A stretch of DNA of 64,000 nucleotides from Candidatus Melainabacteria bacterium 17Bon1m (lineage in GTDB: Bacteria; Cyanobacteriota; Vampirovibrionia; Obscuribacterales; Obscuribacteraceae): NCBI GenBank assembly GCA_032128875.1, contig JAVLKG010000001.1, positions 512,001-576,000 of the forward strand. Direction: 5' to 3'. Position numbers and translations under genes: made by a program. Under the pieces are notes generated by a model. The model was not told the DNA's origin. It did no database searches and worked only from the letters and a program-made list of their open reading frames with translations. This document shows, piece after piece, positions 1-10,699 of the stretch (its first letter is position 1; each line of letters starts with the position of its first letter).

Positions 1-151
1 TTTGATCAGAAGGCATGTCGGCGGCTACAGACCTTATCTGAATTTTGGGTTCTTCAACCGTTGGAGCGTCGTTCCGGCTAGCGTCCAGCGCCAATGCGGG
101 CGCGAACAACAAAATGGATAAGCCTGCGGCAATGAGCGCTGTTTTTTGCAT
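1..151 (-). CDS. Partial exported protein (N-terminus only, runs off the window)
   Basis: GGAG then ATG at 151; reads MQKTALIAAGLSILLFAPALALDAS..., signal-peptide-like and open to the window edge. Confidence 0.6.
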   Translation of the reverse strand, partial: MQKTALIAAGLSILLFAPALALDASRNDAPTVEEPKIQIRSVAADMPSDQ

Positions 152-347
152 TGCGAAAAGCTCCTAAATCCATTCTACGCACGGATCTCATATTGCGCCA
201 ACCTCGTTCTGTTTTTTCGGCAGGGTACCCCCAAAATTTGATCCGTCTTATCTGTAACTTAATTGCAGAACTTCCTCAGCTCTTCCTAATATGCGTCTGT
301 AATAAGTGTTACTGATGGTATCCTTGAGATCTGGAAATCTTGGTTAT

Positions 348-1580
348 ATGAGCGTTATGCAGTTGTCGTCCTCAAAACTTTTTTGTTTGGCGACGTTCGC
401 CACGACGAGCCTGCTCCTTCATGGCTGCGGGCAGCAAGGTGCGCCCGCTTCGGCGACTTATGCCCCGCCGGCAGCTTCGGTTCAGCTTTCCGAGGTTCGA
501 CTCGGCCCCGTGACCGAGAGCAGTCGCTTTTCGGCTACTTTGAACTCTCGCAAGTCGGTGAGTTTGCGTCCTCGAGTCACAGGACAGGTAAAAGAGATTT
601 ACGTTCGCAGCGGCGACAAAGTGGGCTTTGGCTCAAAGTTGATACTCATTGACCAGGAGAAGCAGCAAGCCTCTGTCGATAGTTTTGAAGCACAAGTTTC
701 TTCCGACCAGGCGGATGTTCAGACTGCCCGTGAAACACTCCATTCGCTTGAGGCAGACAGGACTTCGCGGTTGTCAGAATTGAAGCTGGCGCAACAGGAG
801 TTCGATCGCGCCAAGGATTTGCATTCCCAAGGCGCCGTTTCTGCGCAAGAAGAAGACACACGTGCTAATCAATTGCGAGTCGCTAAGGCTCAAGTCGAAT
901 CTATTGAAGCAAAAATTAGCGCACAGCGCTCCGTTCTTTCTAGAGAGCAAATGGAGGAAAAGCAGCACCGCGCTTCAGTCAAAGAGCAAGGTGTGCAGCT
1001 TCGCTATCACTTGATTCGGGCTCCATTTGCCGGAACCGTCGGCGATATTCCAGTCAAGCTTGGTGACTATGTGACATCGGATACGGTGCTGACTACTGTC
1101 ACCCAAAATAGACCGCTGGAATTGTACGTTTCCATTCCCACCGAGTATTCCAGCCGCCTGCACAATGGCATGACGGTTGAGCTTACAGATGCATCCGATG
1201 CGATTCTCGGTCGTGCTAAAGTGTTTTTCGTCTCGCCTAATGTTGAGAGTCAGAGCCAAACTGTTTTAGTTAAGGCGATTTTCGATAATCCCGGTGAAAA
1301 ACTTCGCGCCGGTCAATTAATCACCGCGAGAGTATTGTGGAAGACTGAGCCAGGAGTGCTGGTTCCGACTCCTGCCGTCATGCACCTGACCGGACAAGAT
1401 TTTGTCTTCGTAGCAGAGCAGCAAGGCAAGAATTTCGTCGCGAAGCAGAAGCTGGTTCGACTCGGTGACATCGAAGGCAATGCATATCGCGTTCATAGTG
1501 GCTTGCAGCCGGGGCAGAAGATAGTCGTTTCAGGTATTCAAAACCTGACCGACGGCATGGCAATTCAGCCGAAAGAGTAA
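348..1580 (+). CDS. RND efflux periplasmic adaptor (MFP, AcrA/MexA-like), probable lipoprotein
   Basis: Lipobox LLHGC, barrel-sandwich motifs (RPRVTGQV, IRAPFAGTVG), coiled-coil hairpin; directly upstream of the RND permease. Start uncertain (306/348/357). Confidence 0.92.
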   Translation: MSVMQLSSSKLFCLATFATTSLLLHGCGQQGAPASATYAPPAASVQLSEVRLGPVTESSRFSATLNSRKSVSLRPRVTGQVKEIYVRSGDKVGFGSKLILIDQEKQQASVDSFEAQVSSDQADVQTARETLHSLEADRTSRLSELKLAQQEFDRAKDLHSQGAVSAQEEDTRANQLRVAKAQVESIEAKISAQRSVLSREQMEEKQHRASVKEQGVQLRYHLIRAPFAGTVGDIPVKLGDYVTSDTVLTTVTQNRPLELYVSIPTEYSSRLHNGMTVELTDASDAILGRAKVFFVSPNVESQSQTVLVKAIFDNPGEKLRAGQLITARVLWKTEPGVLVPTPAVMHLTGQDFVFVAEQQGKNFVAKQKLVRLGDIEGNAYRVHSGLQPGQKIVVSGIQNLTDGMAIQPKE

Positions 1581-1584
1581 CCTG

Positions 1585-4500
1585 ATGTTTGCAGACTTCT
1601 TCATCAAACGGCCGATTTTCGCCACCGTTTGCTCGCTCGTGCTGGTCATCGCAGGGGCTGTGTGCATCCCGAGCTTGCCGATTGCACAGTACCCACAGAT
1701 AGCACCCCCACGCGTCAACGTGACGTGCAATTACACCGGCGCCAGTGCAGAGACTGTCGAATCTGCAGTGACGACTGTTTTGGAAAAACAGATAAACGGT
1801 GCGCAAAATATTCGCTACATCAATTCGACCAGTGGCAATGACGGAACCGCCTCCGTCGACATCACCTTCAACCTCGGGCGCGACCCGGACCTGGCAGCCG
1901 TGGATGTTCAGACTCGCGTAGCAGCGGTCGAAGGACGCCTGCCAGAAGACGTGAAGCGCACCGGCGTGTCGGTCAACAAAGTATCCAGTCAATTCGTTTT
2001 GGCTATCGGTATCGGGTGCCGCGACAATCGATACGACAGCCAGTTCATCAGTAACTATTGCGACGTCTATGTAAAAGACGCTCTGAAGCGTGTCAAAGGC
2101 GTGGGCGATGCTCAAATCTTCGGGGAGCGTAAATACTCCATGAGGGTATGGCTAGACCCTCAAAAACTAGCCAACCGTAAGCTCACCGCCCTTGACGTTG
2201 TGAATGCTGTCGCAGAGCAAAACGTGCAAGTTGCCGCTGGCCAAATCGGTCAACCACCGGCTCCCGAGGGGCAACTCTATCAAATTAGCGTGCGCGCTGT
2301 CGGACGTTTGAAAACAGCCAAAGAGTTTGAAAACATGATCATCCGCGCCACGCCGGATGGTCAGATGATTCGCTTGAAGGACGTCGGACGTGCCGAACTG
2401 GGCGCGGAGAATTACCAGTCTATTGTGCGCTATCGCGGCAGAGAGGCAGTCGGCATCGGTATCTTCCAAACCCCGACTGCAAACGCGCTTGAAGTTTCTA
2501 AAGGCGTTCGCGAGGCAATGACTCGTCTGGCAAAGCGTTTTCCGCCCGGTTTGGAATATGACTACGCCTTCGACACTACACTGGCTGTGCGCGAGTCTAT
2601 CAAGGAGGTTTTGATTACACTTGGGCAAGCGATTGGGCTTGTCGTGTTGGTCACCTTCTTATTCCTACAAGACTGGCGCAGTACTTTTATACCGTCTATT
2701 ACCATCCCCGTCTCGCTTATCGGCACTTTCGCCTTTATGCAATTGTTGGGCTTTTCGATCAATACACTCACTCTATTCGGTATCACGCTTGCTACAGGAC
2801 TGGTCGTTGACGACGCGATTGTTGTTATCGAAAACATCAGCAGGTTGATTAAAGAACGCGCTCTGGGCGGCGTGGAAGCCGCCCACGAGTCGATGAAGGA
2901 AATCACCGGCGCAGTAATTGCTATCTCGCTTGTGTTGGGCGCAGTGTTCATACCTGTCGCTTTTTTTCCGGGCACTACTGGTCTTCTATACCGACAATTC
3001 GCACTTACCATCGCTTGCTCCGTCGGTATTTCAACCTGGGTTGCGCTTACATTGACACCGGCACTTTCCGCTAAGTGGCTCAAGGGGCACAGCGAGAAGC
3101 AGAGCGTGATTTTCGTACCGATCAACACATTCCTTGATTGGCTGCGGAGCAGTTATGAGTGGTCGCTGCGCTGGGCGCTCAAGGTCAAGCCATTGATTAT
3201 TTTGGCGTTCTTCGTGTGCATTGGGCTTACATATTGGCTCTTCAACGCTGTGCCAAAAGGGTTTGTCCCGAATGAAGACCAAGGCTATTTCATCGTCATT
3301 GTCGAGTCCCCGGAGGGCGTATCTCTGGGTTACACGGCTAATGTTTTGCAGCGCGTGGATGAGGCTCTCAGCAAAGAACCTTCGATCGAATCAAACTTCG
3401 GTATTGCAGGATTCAGCTTCTCGGGTAATTCTCCGAACAACGGGTTGCTCTTTGCCAGTTTGAAACCCTGGAAAGAACGCAAAGAAGGTCAATCGCTCGA
3501 CCAGATTATCGAACGCATTCGCGGTCCTTTGTCGTCGATCACCGACGCTACAGTCATCCCCTTCAACCCTCCTGTGATCGAGGGTTTGGGCAATTTCGGC
3601 GGCTTCCAATTTGAGCTGCAAGATATGTTGGGCGGCGACACCAAGATGATCGCCGACGCCACAAAATTGATGTGCCAGAAGGGCAATCAGTGTCCGGAGC
3701 TGCGTGGTGTCTATTCCAGCTTCAAAGCCAATTCTCCGCAACTGGTTGTCACTGTTTTCCGGGAGAAAGCAAAGAGTGTTGGCGTCGAAATGAGCGATGT
3801 TTTCAGGACGCTTCAGGTTTTCCTTGGCTCCGAGTACGTCAACGATTTCGACATGGGTTCGCGCATTTACCGCGTCTATGTTCAAGCAGATCAGAAGTTC
3901 CGTTCTAATCCAAAAGATATCGAGCGCTTCTATGTTCGCTCCAAATCAGGGCAGATGATAAGCCTATCCAATCTCGTCACCGTTTCGCGCACGACCACTC
4001 CCCAAACCATCACACACTACAATTTGTTCCGCTCTACGGAAATTAACGGTAGTGCCGCCCCTGGTATCAGTTCGGGCCAGGCAATGGAAAAGATGGAGCA
4101 GCTCGCCAAAGAAAATCTGCCCCCGGGTATGGGTTATGAGTGGTCTGGAATCGCTCTTGAGCAAACCGAATCCGCCAGCAAGTCCGTGCTTCTTTTCGGG
4201 CTTGGATTTGTATTTGTATTTTTGGTTCTTGCGGCCCAGTACGAAAGTTTTCTCGATCCATTCATCATTCTTCTATCGGTCCCTCTGGCAATGCTTGGAG
4301 CGCTGAGCGCGCAGTCTGCTCGCGGATTGGAGAATGATGTGTTTTGTCAGATTGGGTTGGTGATGTTGATTGGATTGGCGAGCAAAAACGCCATTTTGAT
4401 TGTCGAGTACGCCAATCAATTGAACGAACAGGGGCTGAGTGTGAAAGAGGCTGTCGTTAAGGCGGCAAGCATCCGACTGCGCCCAATTTTGATGACTTCA

Positions 4501-4725
4501 CTGGCGTTCATCATGGGTATCATGCCGCTGGTTTTTGCCCACGGCGCCGGTGCCGCCAGCCGTCACTCGCTCGGAACCGCGGTCTGTGGAGGGATGGTCG
4601 TTTCATCCATTCTCAGCCTCTACCTGGTCCCCGTTGTATATGAATACCTGGGCATGCTCCGGCAAAAACTCCGCAAACGTAAGCCCCCAGAGCCTGTAGC
4701 GGAAAAAGAGCACGTTTCTCTATAG
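1585..4725 (+). CDS. RND efflux permease, HAE1 (AcrB/MexB-like)
   Basis: 1046 aa; FFIKRPIFA start, GLVVDDAIVVIEN, KNAILIVEYA, RLRPILMTS motifs. Confidence 0.97.
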   Translation: MFADFFIKRPIFATVCSLVLVIAGAVCIPSLPIAQYPQIAPPRVNVTCNYTGASAETVESAVTTVLEKQINGAQNIRYINSTSGNDGTASVDITFNLGRDPDLAAVDVQTRVAAVEGRLPEDVKRTGVSVNKVSSQFVLAIGIGCRDNRYDSQFISNYCDVYVKDALKRVKGVGDAQIFGERKYSMRVWLDPQKLANRKLTALDVVNAVAEQNVQVAAGQIGQPPAPEGQLYQISVRAVGRLKTAKEFENMIIRATPDGQMIRLKDVGRAELGAENYQSIVRYRGREAVGIGIFQTPTANALEVSKGVREAMTRLAKRFPPGLEYDYAFDTTLAVRESIKEVLITLGQAIGLVVLVTFLFLQDWRSTFIPSITIPVSLIGTFAFMQLLGFSINTLTLFGITLATGLVVDDAIVVIENISRLIKERALGGVEAAHESMKEITGAVIAISLVLGAVFIPVAFFPGTTGLLYRQFALTIACSVGISTWVALTLTPALSAKWLKGHSEKQSVIFVPINTFLDWLRSSYEWSLRWALKVKPLIILAFFVCIGLTYWLFNAVPKGFVPNEDQGYFIVIVESPEGVSLGYTANVLQRVDEALSKEPSIESNFGIAGFSFSGNSPNNGLLFASLKPWKERKEGQSLDQIIERIRGPLSSITDATVIPFNPPVIEGLGNFGGFQFELQDMLGGDTKMIADATKLMCQKGNQCPELRGVYSSFKANSPQLVVTVFREKAKSVGVEMSDVFRTLQVFLGSEYVNDFDMGSRIYRVYVQADQKFRSNPKDIERFYVRSKSGQMISLSNLVTVSRTTTPQTITHYNLFRSTEINGSAAPGISSGQAMEKMEQLAKENLPPGMGYEWSGIALEQTESASKSVLLFGLGFVFVFLVLAAQYESFLDPFIILLSVPLAMLGALSAQSARGLENDVFCQIGLVMLIGLASKNAILIVEYANQLNEQGLSVKEAVVKAASIRLRPILMTSLAFIMGIMPLVFAHGAGAASRHSLGTAVCGGMVVSSILSLYLVPVVYEYLGMLRQKLRKRKPPEPVAEKEHVSL

Positions 4726-4806
4726 AGGCTGCTAAATTTTGCTCGCGGGCGCTACTATTGCTGCCCCTGCGGCTACTTGCGTGGTTCTGCAAACAATTTT
4801 GAAAAA

Positions 4807-4860
4807 GTCACTCTGCCTTAACGGATATTCCGGAAAAATTCACGTATCAACTGCTAACAT
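4807..4860 (+). promoter_or_regulatory. Phased box promoter GTCAC/TTAAC/TTCCG/TTCAC-N11-TAACAT
   Basis: Boxes at 4807, 4818, 4828 and 4839; -10-like TAACAT at 4855-4860, 11 nt after the last box, as at six other sites. Confidence 0.6.
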
Positions 4861-4889
4861 CCCCTCACTGATACCCCAGGTTTTTAGAA

Positions 4890-5462
4890 ATGTCCTTTAC
4901 TAACAAGCTTCTCCGGCTGTGCCCCTATTCATTAATGAGCTTCGGGCTCTCGCTGTTTCTCACGTGTCTGTGTGCGCCGGCAAACGCGCAGCAGGCAGAA
5001 AGCAAAACTGTTTACGAGTCCAAGCGGACCGCGCATAAGGTCAGCGGGTGGGAGCGCGGCTTGGTAAAACGGTCGCCAAATCTCGGCAAATATTATTGGA
5101 CGCCACTGACTGAGTACTCCCAAAATAAAGGCTCGCGTCGAACCGGCAAGGGGGTTCGGCAAGCCAGCCCCAGCGGGCAGCCAGCTCAAACTGCCAGGCA
5201 CTATGTAAAACCGCGTTTTGCCCCATTGCCCAAGAACGATCGCGCCGAGTTCTCTTGTGATGAAATTCAAACTCGTTCGGGTGTGAGTGCGAAGGTAAGC
5301 TTTGATAAAGCACGCAGCCAGCTCGCTTCGCGTCGAGTTACGGATTCAACAAATGATTGCTCTGCTGTTCTCACTTACGGAGACAAGGAAAAGGGAGAAG
5401 GCTACAGCTATAAACGACAAGATTTGTCGGTCAGTGGGCGCCTCTACAATCAAAAGAAATAG
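4890..5462 (+). CDS. Secreted hypothetical protein (basic)
   Basis: 190 aa ORF with signal peptide ending APANA. Confidence 0.75.
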   Translation: MSFTNKLLRLCPYSLMSFGLSLFLTCLCAPANAQQAESKTVYESKRTAHKVSGWERGLVKRSPNLGKYYWTPLTEYSQNKGSRRTGKGVRQASPSGQPAQTARHYVKPRFAPLPKNDRAEFSCDEIQTRSGVSAKVSFDKARSQLASRRVTDSTNDCSAVLTYGDKEKGEGYSYKRQDLSVSGRLYNQKK

Positions 5463-5770
5463 AATTCGAAAAGGACAAGCTCCCGGCCGTGCTGAGAGCT
5501 TGTGAAAGCAGTACGAGTTAGGAGCGATTTTTCCCCTGAACTGCAATTTTTGTGCGCGCATCGCAGAGAACCCATCTGCTGTGCGCGGTTTCGCTGTGTT
5601 GACTGGTGCTCTCTGGTTCAGTTTGTTTTACGTCGCCGGCGTTTTTCAAAACGCTGACATTGACACTTGATTGAAACAATTGACCTTCAGAATTCAGAAA
5701 TCCCGAGCCCGCCCTCCCAAACAATTGTCCGCCCGTTTACGGCCGGCAAGCTTTTAAAAGGAATACCACT

Positions 5771-6823
5771 ATGGGTCAAACCATCGGATTTCCCGCTAAT
5801 GCAGCAAAATTGAATCGCGGCCCGCGCACGGCAGCACGCAAGAGACTAGAAAGACAATTACTAAGTCAGAACACTGCAAAAGGGTCTAGTGCCGCCAATG
5901 AGTCCCGCGAGAAGGAAGACGCCGGCGCCCGGAGAAGTTTAGACCCCGAGGCACAATTGCCTGCGAATGAAGAAGAAGCCGACGTCGAAGTTTATCTCGA
6001 TTTGCCGGAAGAATGGTTTGGTCTAACAACACCAACCACTAAGTATGACTACGATGTTTATTTGACGACTGAAACGTTTAAAGCGGCTGTATATGCGCAT
6101 AATCGCGAATATCGTTATGTAGAGCGTTTGTTGCCTGACGGGAAGACTGAGACGATTTATTCGGGTCCGAATTTTCTAGACAGCCGCACTGTAATTGAAG
6201 ACGCCAACGGTCAAATCATTTGCACCATCAGGGCTAATCACCTGGGTAACGGTGTCATTGAAGTGCGATACCTGGCTGATGGCTCATACACCACAGAACA
6301 CCAAGCGCCCGAAGAGCACGACAATTTCAGCTATGAGAAAGATAATCGAGGGCGCATCACCAGCTTGACCCTGGGCGATGGCACTCATTTAAAACTCGCT
6401 TATGGTGGCACTAGTCCTACGCCGTATCTTTTTATAGATGCCGACGGTGTCGAATGGCGGCGCTGTCCGCGTACTGAAGTGTTTAAGAACGAACAAGGGG
6501 AAAACCTTGGTGGCAAGCCTGTTCAGATGGTCGCTGCCAACGAGTCAGGCTCGTACATGTTTGCAAGTTATGGTCGCTACACAGTGATGCACAGAAATGG
6601 TTTCATTGAAGAGCGCTACTTTCCGACCATTCGTGATTTGTTGGATCAAGATTTGCCGGTGACGGTGGCAATTCGCAACGAGAAAGATCGTGAGCGTGCC
6701 GACAAATTCACAGACAGTTTGCGTGCTCAGTATGCAAATGCCGATCTTAAAGTGGAAGTCTTGCCTTGCGAAGACAAGGACGGTGCCATCGTAAATGGTC
6801 GCCACGTGAGCCGTTTCTACTAG
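5771..6823 (+). CDS. Hypothetical protein with YD/RHS-like beta repeats
   Basis: 350 aa with RBS; segments such as YEKDNRGRITSLTLGDGTHLKLAY resemble YD repeats. Confidence 0.65.
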   Translation: MGQTIGFPANAAKLNRGPRTAARKRLERQLLSQNTAKGSSAANESREKEDAGARRSLDPEAQLPANEEEADVEVYLDLPEEWFGLTTPTTKYDYDVYLTTETFKAAVYAHNREYRYVERLLPDGKTETIYSGPNFLDSRTVIEDANGQIICTIRANHLGNGVIEVRYLADGSYTTEHQAPEEHDNFSYEKDNRGRITSLTLGDGTHLKLAYGGTSPTPYLFIDADGVEWRRCPRTEVFKNEQGENLGGKPVQMVAANESGSYMFASYGRYTVMHRNGFIEERYFPTIRDLLDQDLPVTVAIRNEKDRERADKFTDSLRAQYANADLKVEVLPCEDKDGAIVNGRHVSRFY

Positions 6824-6856
6824 GGGCTAAGCGCATACAGCGCCTTGCTAAATTGA

Positions 6857-7042
6857 TCAGACGATATCTTTTACGTCGGTAAAACCTTCTAGTTGGCTTA
6901 CAAAAGAGTCGACAAGCCATTTGTCGCTCTGCGGGCAATCTTTCATTGCGCTTCTGAAAAGCTGCATTGCTTGTTCTTCTTCACCTTTTTCGAGCAGGTC
7001 ACGGGCAACAAGTAATTTCAACAAGCGTTTTTCGAGAAGCAT
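6857..7042 (-). CDS. Small helical (TPR-like) hypothetical protein
   Basis: 61 aa; GGAG upstream; ARDLLEKGEEEQAMQLFRSAM helix pair. Confidence 0.55.
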   Translation of the reverse strand: MLLEKRLLKLLVARDLLEKGEEEQAMQLFRSAMKDCPQSDKWLVDSFVSQLEGFTDVKDIV

Positions 7043-7256
7043 GTTAGGCCGACTCCGTGGTGTCCTTACTCGACCATCTTGAATGTAGTGTAAAGAAGTT
7101 ACCTCCCTCGTCAGAGGGGGGTAACGTTAAATCCGACCAGGCTGGACTTTTAAGCGTTTTTGAACCTGGGTGAGGTATAGCCGGACAGCCTTCTGCTCAT
7201 CTAATCGTCGGGTCCGTCCGGCCACTTTTGTTTGACTCAAGAGAAGCTTGTTTTCC

Positions 7257-8537
7257 TTAGTGGAAGAAACGCAATCGTTGGTGGCGATTGTCGACTGTAA
7301 AGCGCCAACCTCCAAAAAATGCTTGCCCTAGCAATCCGGCTGAGCCTTCTTTGCCGACCATTCCTTTGCCTCCGACGTCGGCGCTACATTTCACGTGGCG
7401 CACGATGATAGGTCCAAGCCGCAGCATGTCCACGTTAAATCCAATCGCCTCTGTTGTGCCGTCACCTCCGACGCCCTTGTGATATTCCGTGACGCCGCCG
7501 GCTGTGTCTAGTCCCAGTTCGCGCACGTTGGAGGGGCTAAACATAATACCTTCTGCGCCCGTGTCCACAATCATTTGCGTTTTCTTCCCTTTCTCACCTT
7601 CTAACTGGACATATAAGTGCTTGCCGATTCGTTGAAACGGAATTGAGTATTGGTCATCTTTTACGAAGTCTGCGGATTTCGTAAATCGAATACAATGCCC
7701 TACATTGTCTATCTCGTAGTCGATGTCGCTGAAGAAATCCTGACCGAGTAGTGGTGCATGATCCCATTCTTCGGTAATTGTCACAGGAATGCGCTTTGTG
7801 ATACCGCCTATGGTGACATCGAGTTTCATGTTCCAAGAGTCGACACTACCGCCTATTCCGCCAACTTTGTTTGTTGCTGGTGTTGTAGGTGGATGAATGC
7901 CGAGTTCACGCAAATGGTTTTTGCCTAGCATGGTTACTGACGCGCCTGTGTCGAAACAGAAGGTCATGCGCCGTTTATTGACGGCGCCTTCGACATTCAT
8001 ATCGTCGTGACCAGGTGTCAGTGAAAAATATGCTTTGGCATTAGGCGGCACGACAGTCACCACAGGGCGGTCATCATCATCGTCGTCGTCTTCGTCGCCG
8101 GGCGGCAAGCCACGCCGCGGCGGCGTATTTGAAGAAGGAAGTTTTTTGTTGCTGCTCGTCGAGAGGGCCGTGCCAGCTGAAGCTTGCGCACGCTCGATGA
8201 TAGAGAGTTGTTTTTGGGCAAGTGCTTTGATACTTGGGTCCGCTCCACTCGCGACAACGCCCTCGTACAAGTTTTTAGCCTGGTCTAGCTGCCCGCCGAC
8301 GTGGAAGCAAAGCCCTCGGTAATACTGGGCATATGGGTCGTTCGGGTTTGATTTGAGCCGGGTATCAAAGTACTGCGCCGCTACTTTGTAATTCCGCGCC
8401 TGAAACATCTTCAGCCCATAATCGAAATATTGGTCGGCTGCCGCGGGTTGAATCTGATAGGTGGAGAGGCTAGCTGCACCGCACGCGATTGCGAAAGTTT
8501 TTCCAAGAAAAACTCGAAAACCTTTCATATTCATCAA
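7257..8537 (-). CDS. Exported TPR plus tandem retropepsin-like (clan AA) aspartyl protease
   Basis: Signal peptide, N-terminal TPRs, acidic linker, two domains with DTGAS and DTGAE, each followed by LLGQxFF. Confidence 0.88.
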   Translation of the reverse strand: MMNMKGFRVFLGKTFAIACGAASLSTYQIQPAAADQYFDYGLKMFQARNYKVAAQYFDTRLKSNPNDPYAQYYRGLCFHVGGQLDQAKNLYEGVVASGADPSIKALAQKQLSIIERAQASAGTALSTSSNKKLPSSNTPPRRGLPPGDEDDDDDDDRPVVTVVPPNAKAYFSLTPGHDDMNVEGAVNKRRMTFCFDTGASVTMLGKNHLRELGIHPPTTPATNKVGGIGGSVDSWNMKLDVTIGGITKRIPVTITEEWDHAPLLGQDFFSDIDYEIDNVGHCIRFTKSADFVKDDQYSIPFQRIGKHLYVQLEGEKGKKTQMIVDTGAEGIMFSPSNVRELGLDTAGGVTEYHKGVGGDGTTEAIGFNVDMLRLGPIIVRHVKCSADVGGKGMVGKEGSAGLLGQAFFGGWRFTVDNRHQRLRFFH

Positions 8538-8648
8538 TTACGACCCCTCACCGCTTTGACCATAATATTCCCGGCCAATATGCGCGACAGCGATCTTTCA
8601 CGGCTCACGAAAGGTTAATTGGTTGAAGAACGACAAATTTCCAGAATC

Positions 8649-8681
8649 TCAACGCCAATTTCACGTTGTCTACCCTATTGT
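8649..8681 (+). promoter_or_regulatory. TCAAC-N6-TTCAC-N11-TATTGT promoter
   Basis: Same box spacing and -10 position as the other motif copies. Confidence 0.6.
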
Positions 8682-8726
8682 GATAACACGTCTCGAACCA
8701 CCAGATCCTTGCACGGAGAATTCCCA

Positions 8727-9206
8727 ATGGTTGATGCTGTTTACGACTCTAAGGTCGAGGCCCCGAAGCCTGTTTTACAATTCGCCGCCAGCGGTCTTCA
8801 GAGTGATGAGCGTTCTGCCGTCGGGGACCGCATTAGGCAAGAAACTGATTTGGGCAATCGTCTAATGAATCAGGACCAGGTCACCATTGGGCTAATTGGC
8901 GACGCGAGAACCCAGTTTCCGAATATGCCGCTGGAGCAGGGGCTTGTGAAGGCGCTCGAGTCCGGTAAGGAGGAAGTTTTTCAAGAGCAAAAACGCCAGA
9001 AAGATGCAGGGATGAACCCTCCACCGTTAGGAAAAATGATGGTGGACTCTGGTTTGGTTACCCAAAAACAGGTCGACGACGCCCTTGTCGAGCAGGGAAG
9101 GCTGAAAGCCGAAGGAAAACCAGCGCCGCGTATTGGCGACATTCTTGTGCAACAGTTGAAGGACAATATCGCCAAGGCAGTGGCTGATCAGAACAGCAAG
9201 AAGTAA
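8727..9206 (+). CDS. Small protein with MshEN-like (c-di-GMP-binding-type) motif
   Basis: GGAG plus ATG at 8727; PLGKMMVDSGLVTQKQVDDALVEQ...PRIGDILVQ matches the RLGxxLxxxGxxxxxxLxxxLxxQ pattern. Confidence 0.7.
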   Translation: MVDAVYDSKVEAPKPVLQFAASGLQSDERSAVGDRIRQETDLGNRLMNQDQVTIGLIGDARTQFPNMPLEQGLVKALESGKEEVFQEQKRQKDAGMNPPPLGKMMVDSGLVTQKQVDDALVEQGRLKAEGKPAPRIGDILVQQLKDNIAKAVADQNSKK

Positions 9207-9297
9207 ACTTCGTTTTCATCCCGTCCTCAAGCAAGTTCTGAATAGGCTACAATCAGATCCGGCATCGGCATTGCGGGCTGATGTAACGGTGAACTTG

Positions 9298-10614
9298 ATG
9301 CTCAGGCTGATTGTTTCTCTCACAATTTTATCCGTCTCTTTTTGCTCTCCGGCGTGGTCTGCGACGAGCGAGCGCAAGATTTTGTCATTGCCGATTCTCT
9401 ATGTCACGGACCGGGAGAAAACGGTGAATCGCGGCAGCTATCAGGATTATGGTGTGCAGATGATCGAGCCGGTTGACGCGCTTTATTATGGCTGTCAGCA
9501 GGTGAAGGTCAAGCTGACCGCGAAAGAAGCCGAGGAGATGGAAAGTCTTCCCCGCTGGGGATGGCAGCTGCGCGGGGAGAAGGACCCGGACCCGTATGTT
9601 CAAAACGGACAAACAGCGGCTGCTGCGCATAGCGGACAAACTGTTCAAGCCACCCAAACAAGTAAAGAAGGAAAAGCACAGACCGAAGTTAGCGAAACCG
9701 GCGAGTCTGGAGAAAAGAGCGTAACCGGCAAAACTGGCGAGACTTCAGTGTCCCCGTCGGCCGCGGTGCCTCAGGATGCGACCAATGGGCCGAATCTTGA
9801 ATTCGGAAATCAAGTTTTCGACAAAGAATCCGACTTTCAAAGCCTCGTTGCAAAACTGCGAAGAGCGATGGAAATCAACAAACGCAAAGAGTTCATAATC
9901 TTCGTGCATGGTTGTTGCATCGGATTTGAGGGCTCGATGAATCAAGCCGCAGCACTGGAAGAGGCGACGCACATACCTGTAATCAACTATGCCTGGGGCT
10001 CTGTGAAAGGCAATTACGGCGGCTCGACGATGACTTATCCGCGATCGCAAGAGCGCTTCAATGGACTTGTGCGTCGACTTTTAAAAGAGTTTCCGGACGA
10101 GAAAATCACACTCGCCGGCAACAGTGTCGGCAATATGATGATTGTTGAATACTGCCTGGAAACTTGCGAACACAGCGACCTTCGGAAGTTCGACAATATC
10201 ATTTTGTCTCGTGCTGATATGGACGCATTTGCTTTCAAGACGCAAGTGAAACATGTGATGCGCACGACGAAGCATGTGAGTTTATACGTCGCGAAGAATG
10301 ATCCGCAAATCAATCTCTCAGGCGTTTTGCGTTGGTTTTTCAATCCGAAAGATGGAAGTGAGCGAGTTGGAAATACACGCTCCGCGGCGATGTATCATTG
10401 CGACCAACCCGTTGTTGTTTATGATGTTTCCGCGTTGCGCCTGAAGCACATTATGCCGCACAGAGCTGTTTCCGAACTGCTGAACAATGATGGTTGCACG
10501 CCCGCGGATTCGCCCGTGTACATCTACACCGCTGAAAAGGATAATGTCGTGCGAGTTGTTCAGCGCCCCGGCAAAGTCGCCGAGCGGCAGTTTGCCAATG
10601 CAAGTGGGGAATAA
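9298..10614 (+). CDS. Exported alpha/beta hydrolase (DUF900-like)
   Basis: Signal peptide, ILYVTDR, FVHG, nucleophile elbow GNSVG, downstream ADMD and His. Confidence 0.8.
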   Translation: MLRLIVSLTILSVSFCSPAWSATSERKILSLPILYVTDREKTVNRGSYQDYGVQMIEPVDALYYGCQQVKVKLTAKEAEEMESLPRWGWQLRGEKDPDPYVQNGQTAAAAHSGQTVQATQTSKEGKAQTEVSETGESGEKSVTGKTGETSVSPSAAVPQDATNGPNLEFGNQVFDKESDFQSLVAKLRRAMEINKRKEFIIFVHGCCIGFEGSMNQAAALEEATHIPVINYAWGSVKGNYGGSTMTYPRSQERFNGLVRRLLKEFPDEKITLAGNSVGNMMIVEYCLETCEHSDLRKFDNIILSRADMDAFAFKTQVKHVMRTTKHVSLYVAKNDPQINLSGVLRWFFNPKDGSERVGNTRSAAMYHCDQPVVVYDVSALRLKHIMPHRAVSELLNNDGCTPADSPVYIYTAEKDNVVRVVQRPGKVAERQFANASGE

Positions 10615-10699
10615 ACCCACAAGAATTTCACAACAACAGTCAACAATGGTCTGAATAGCACCGAGCGGTTGGCTGTTGTTTTTTGCCTCGGGTGAGTTG

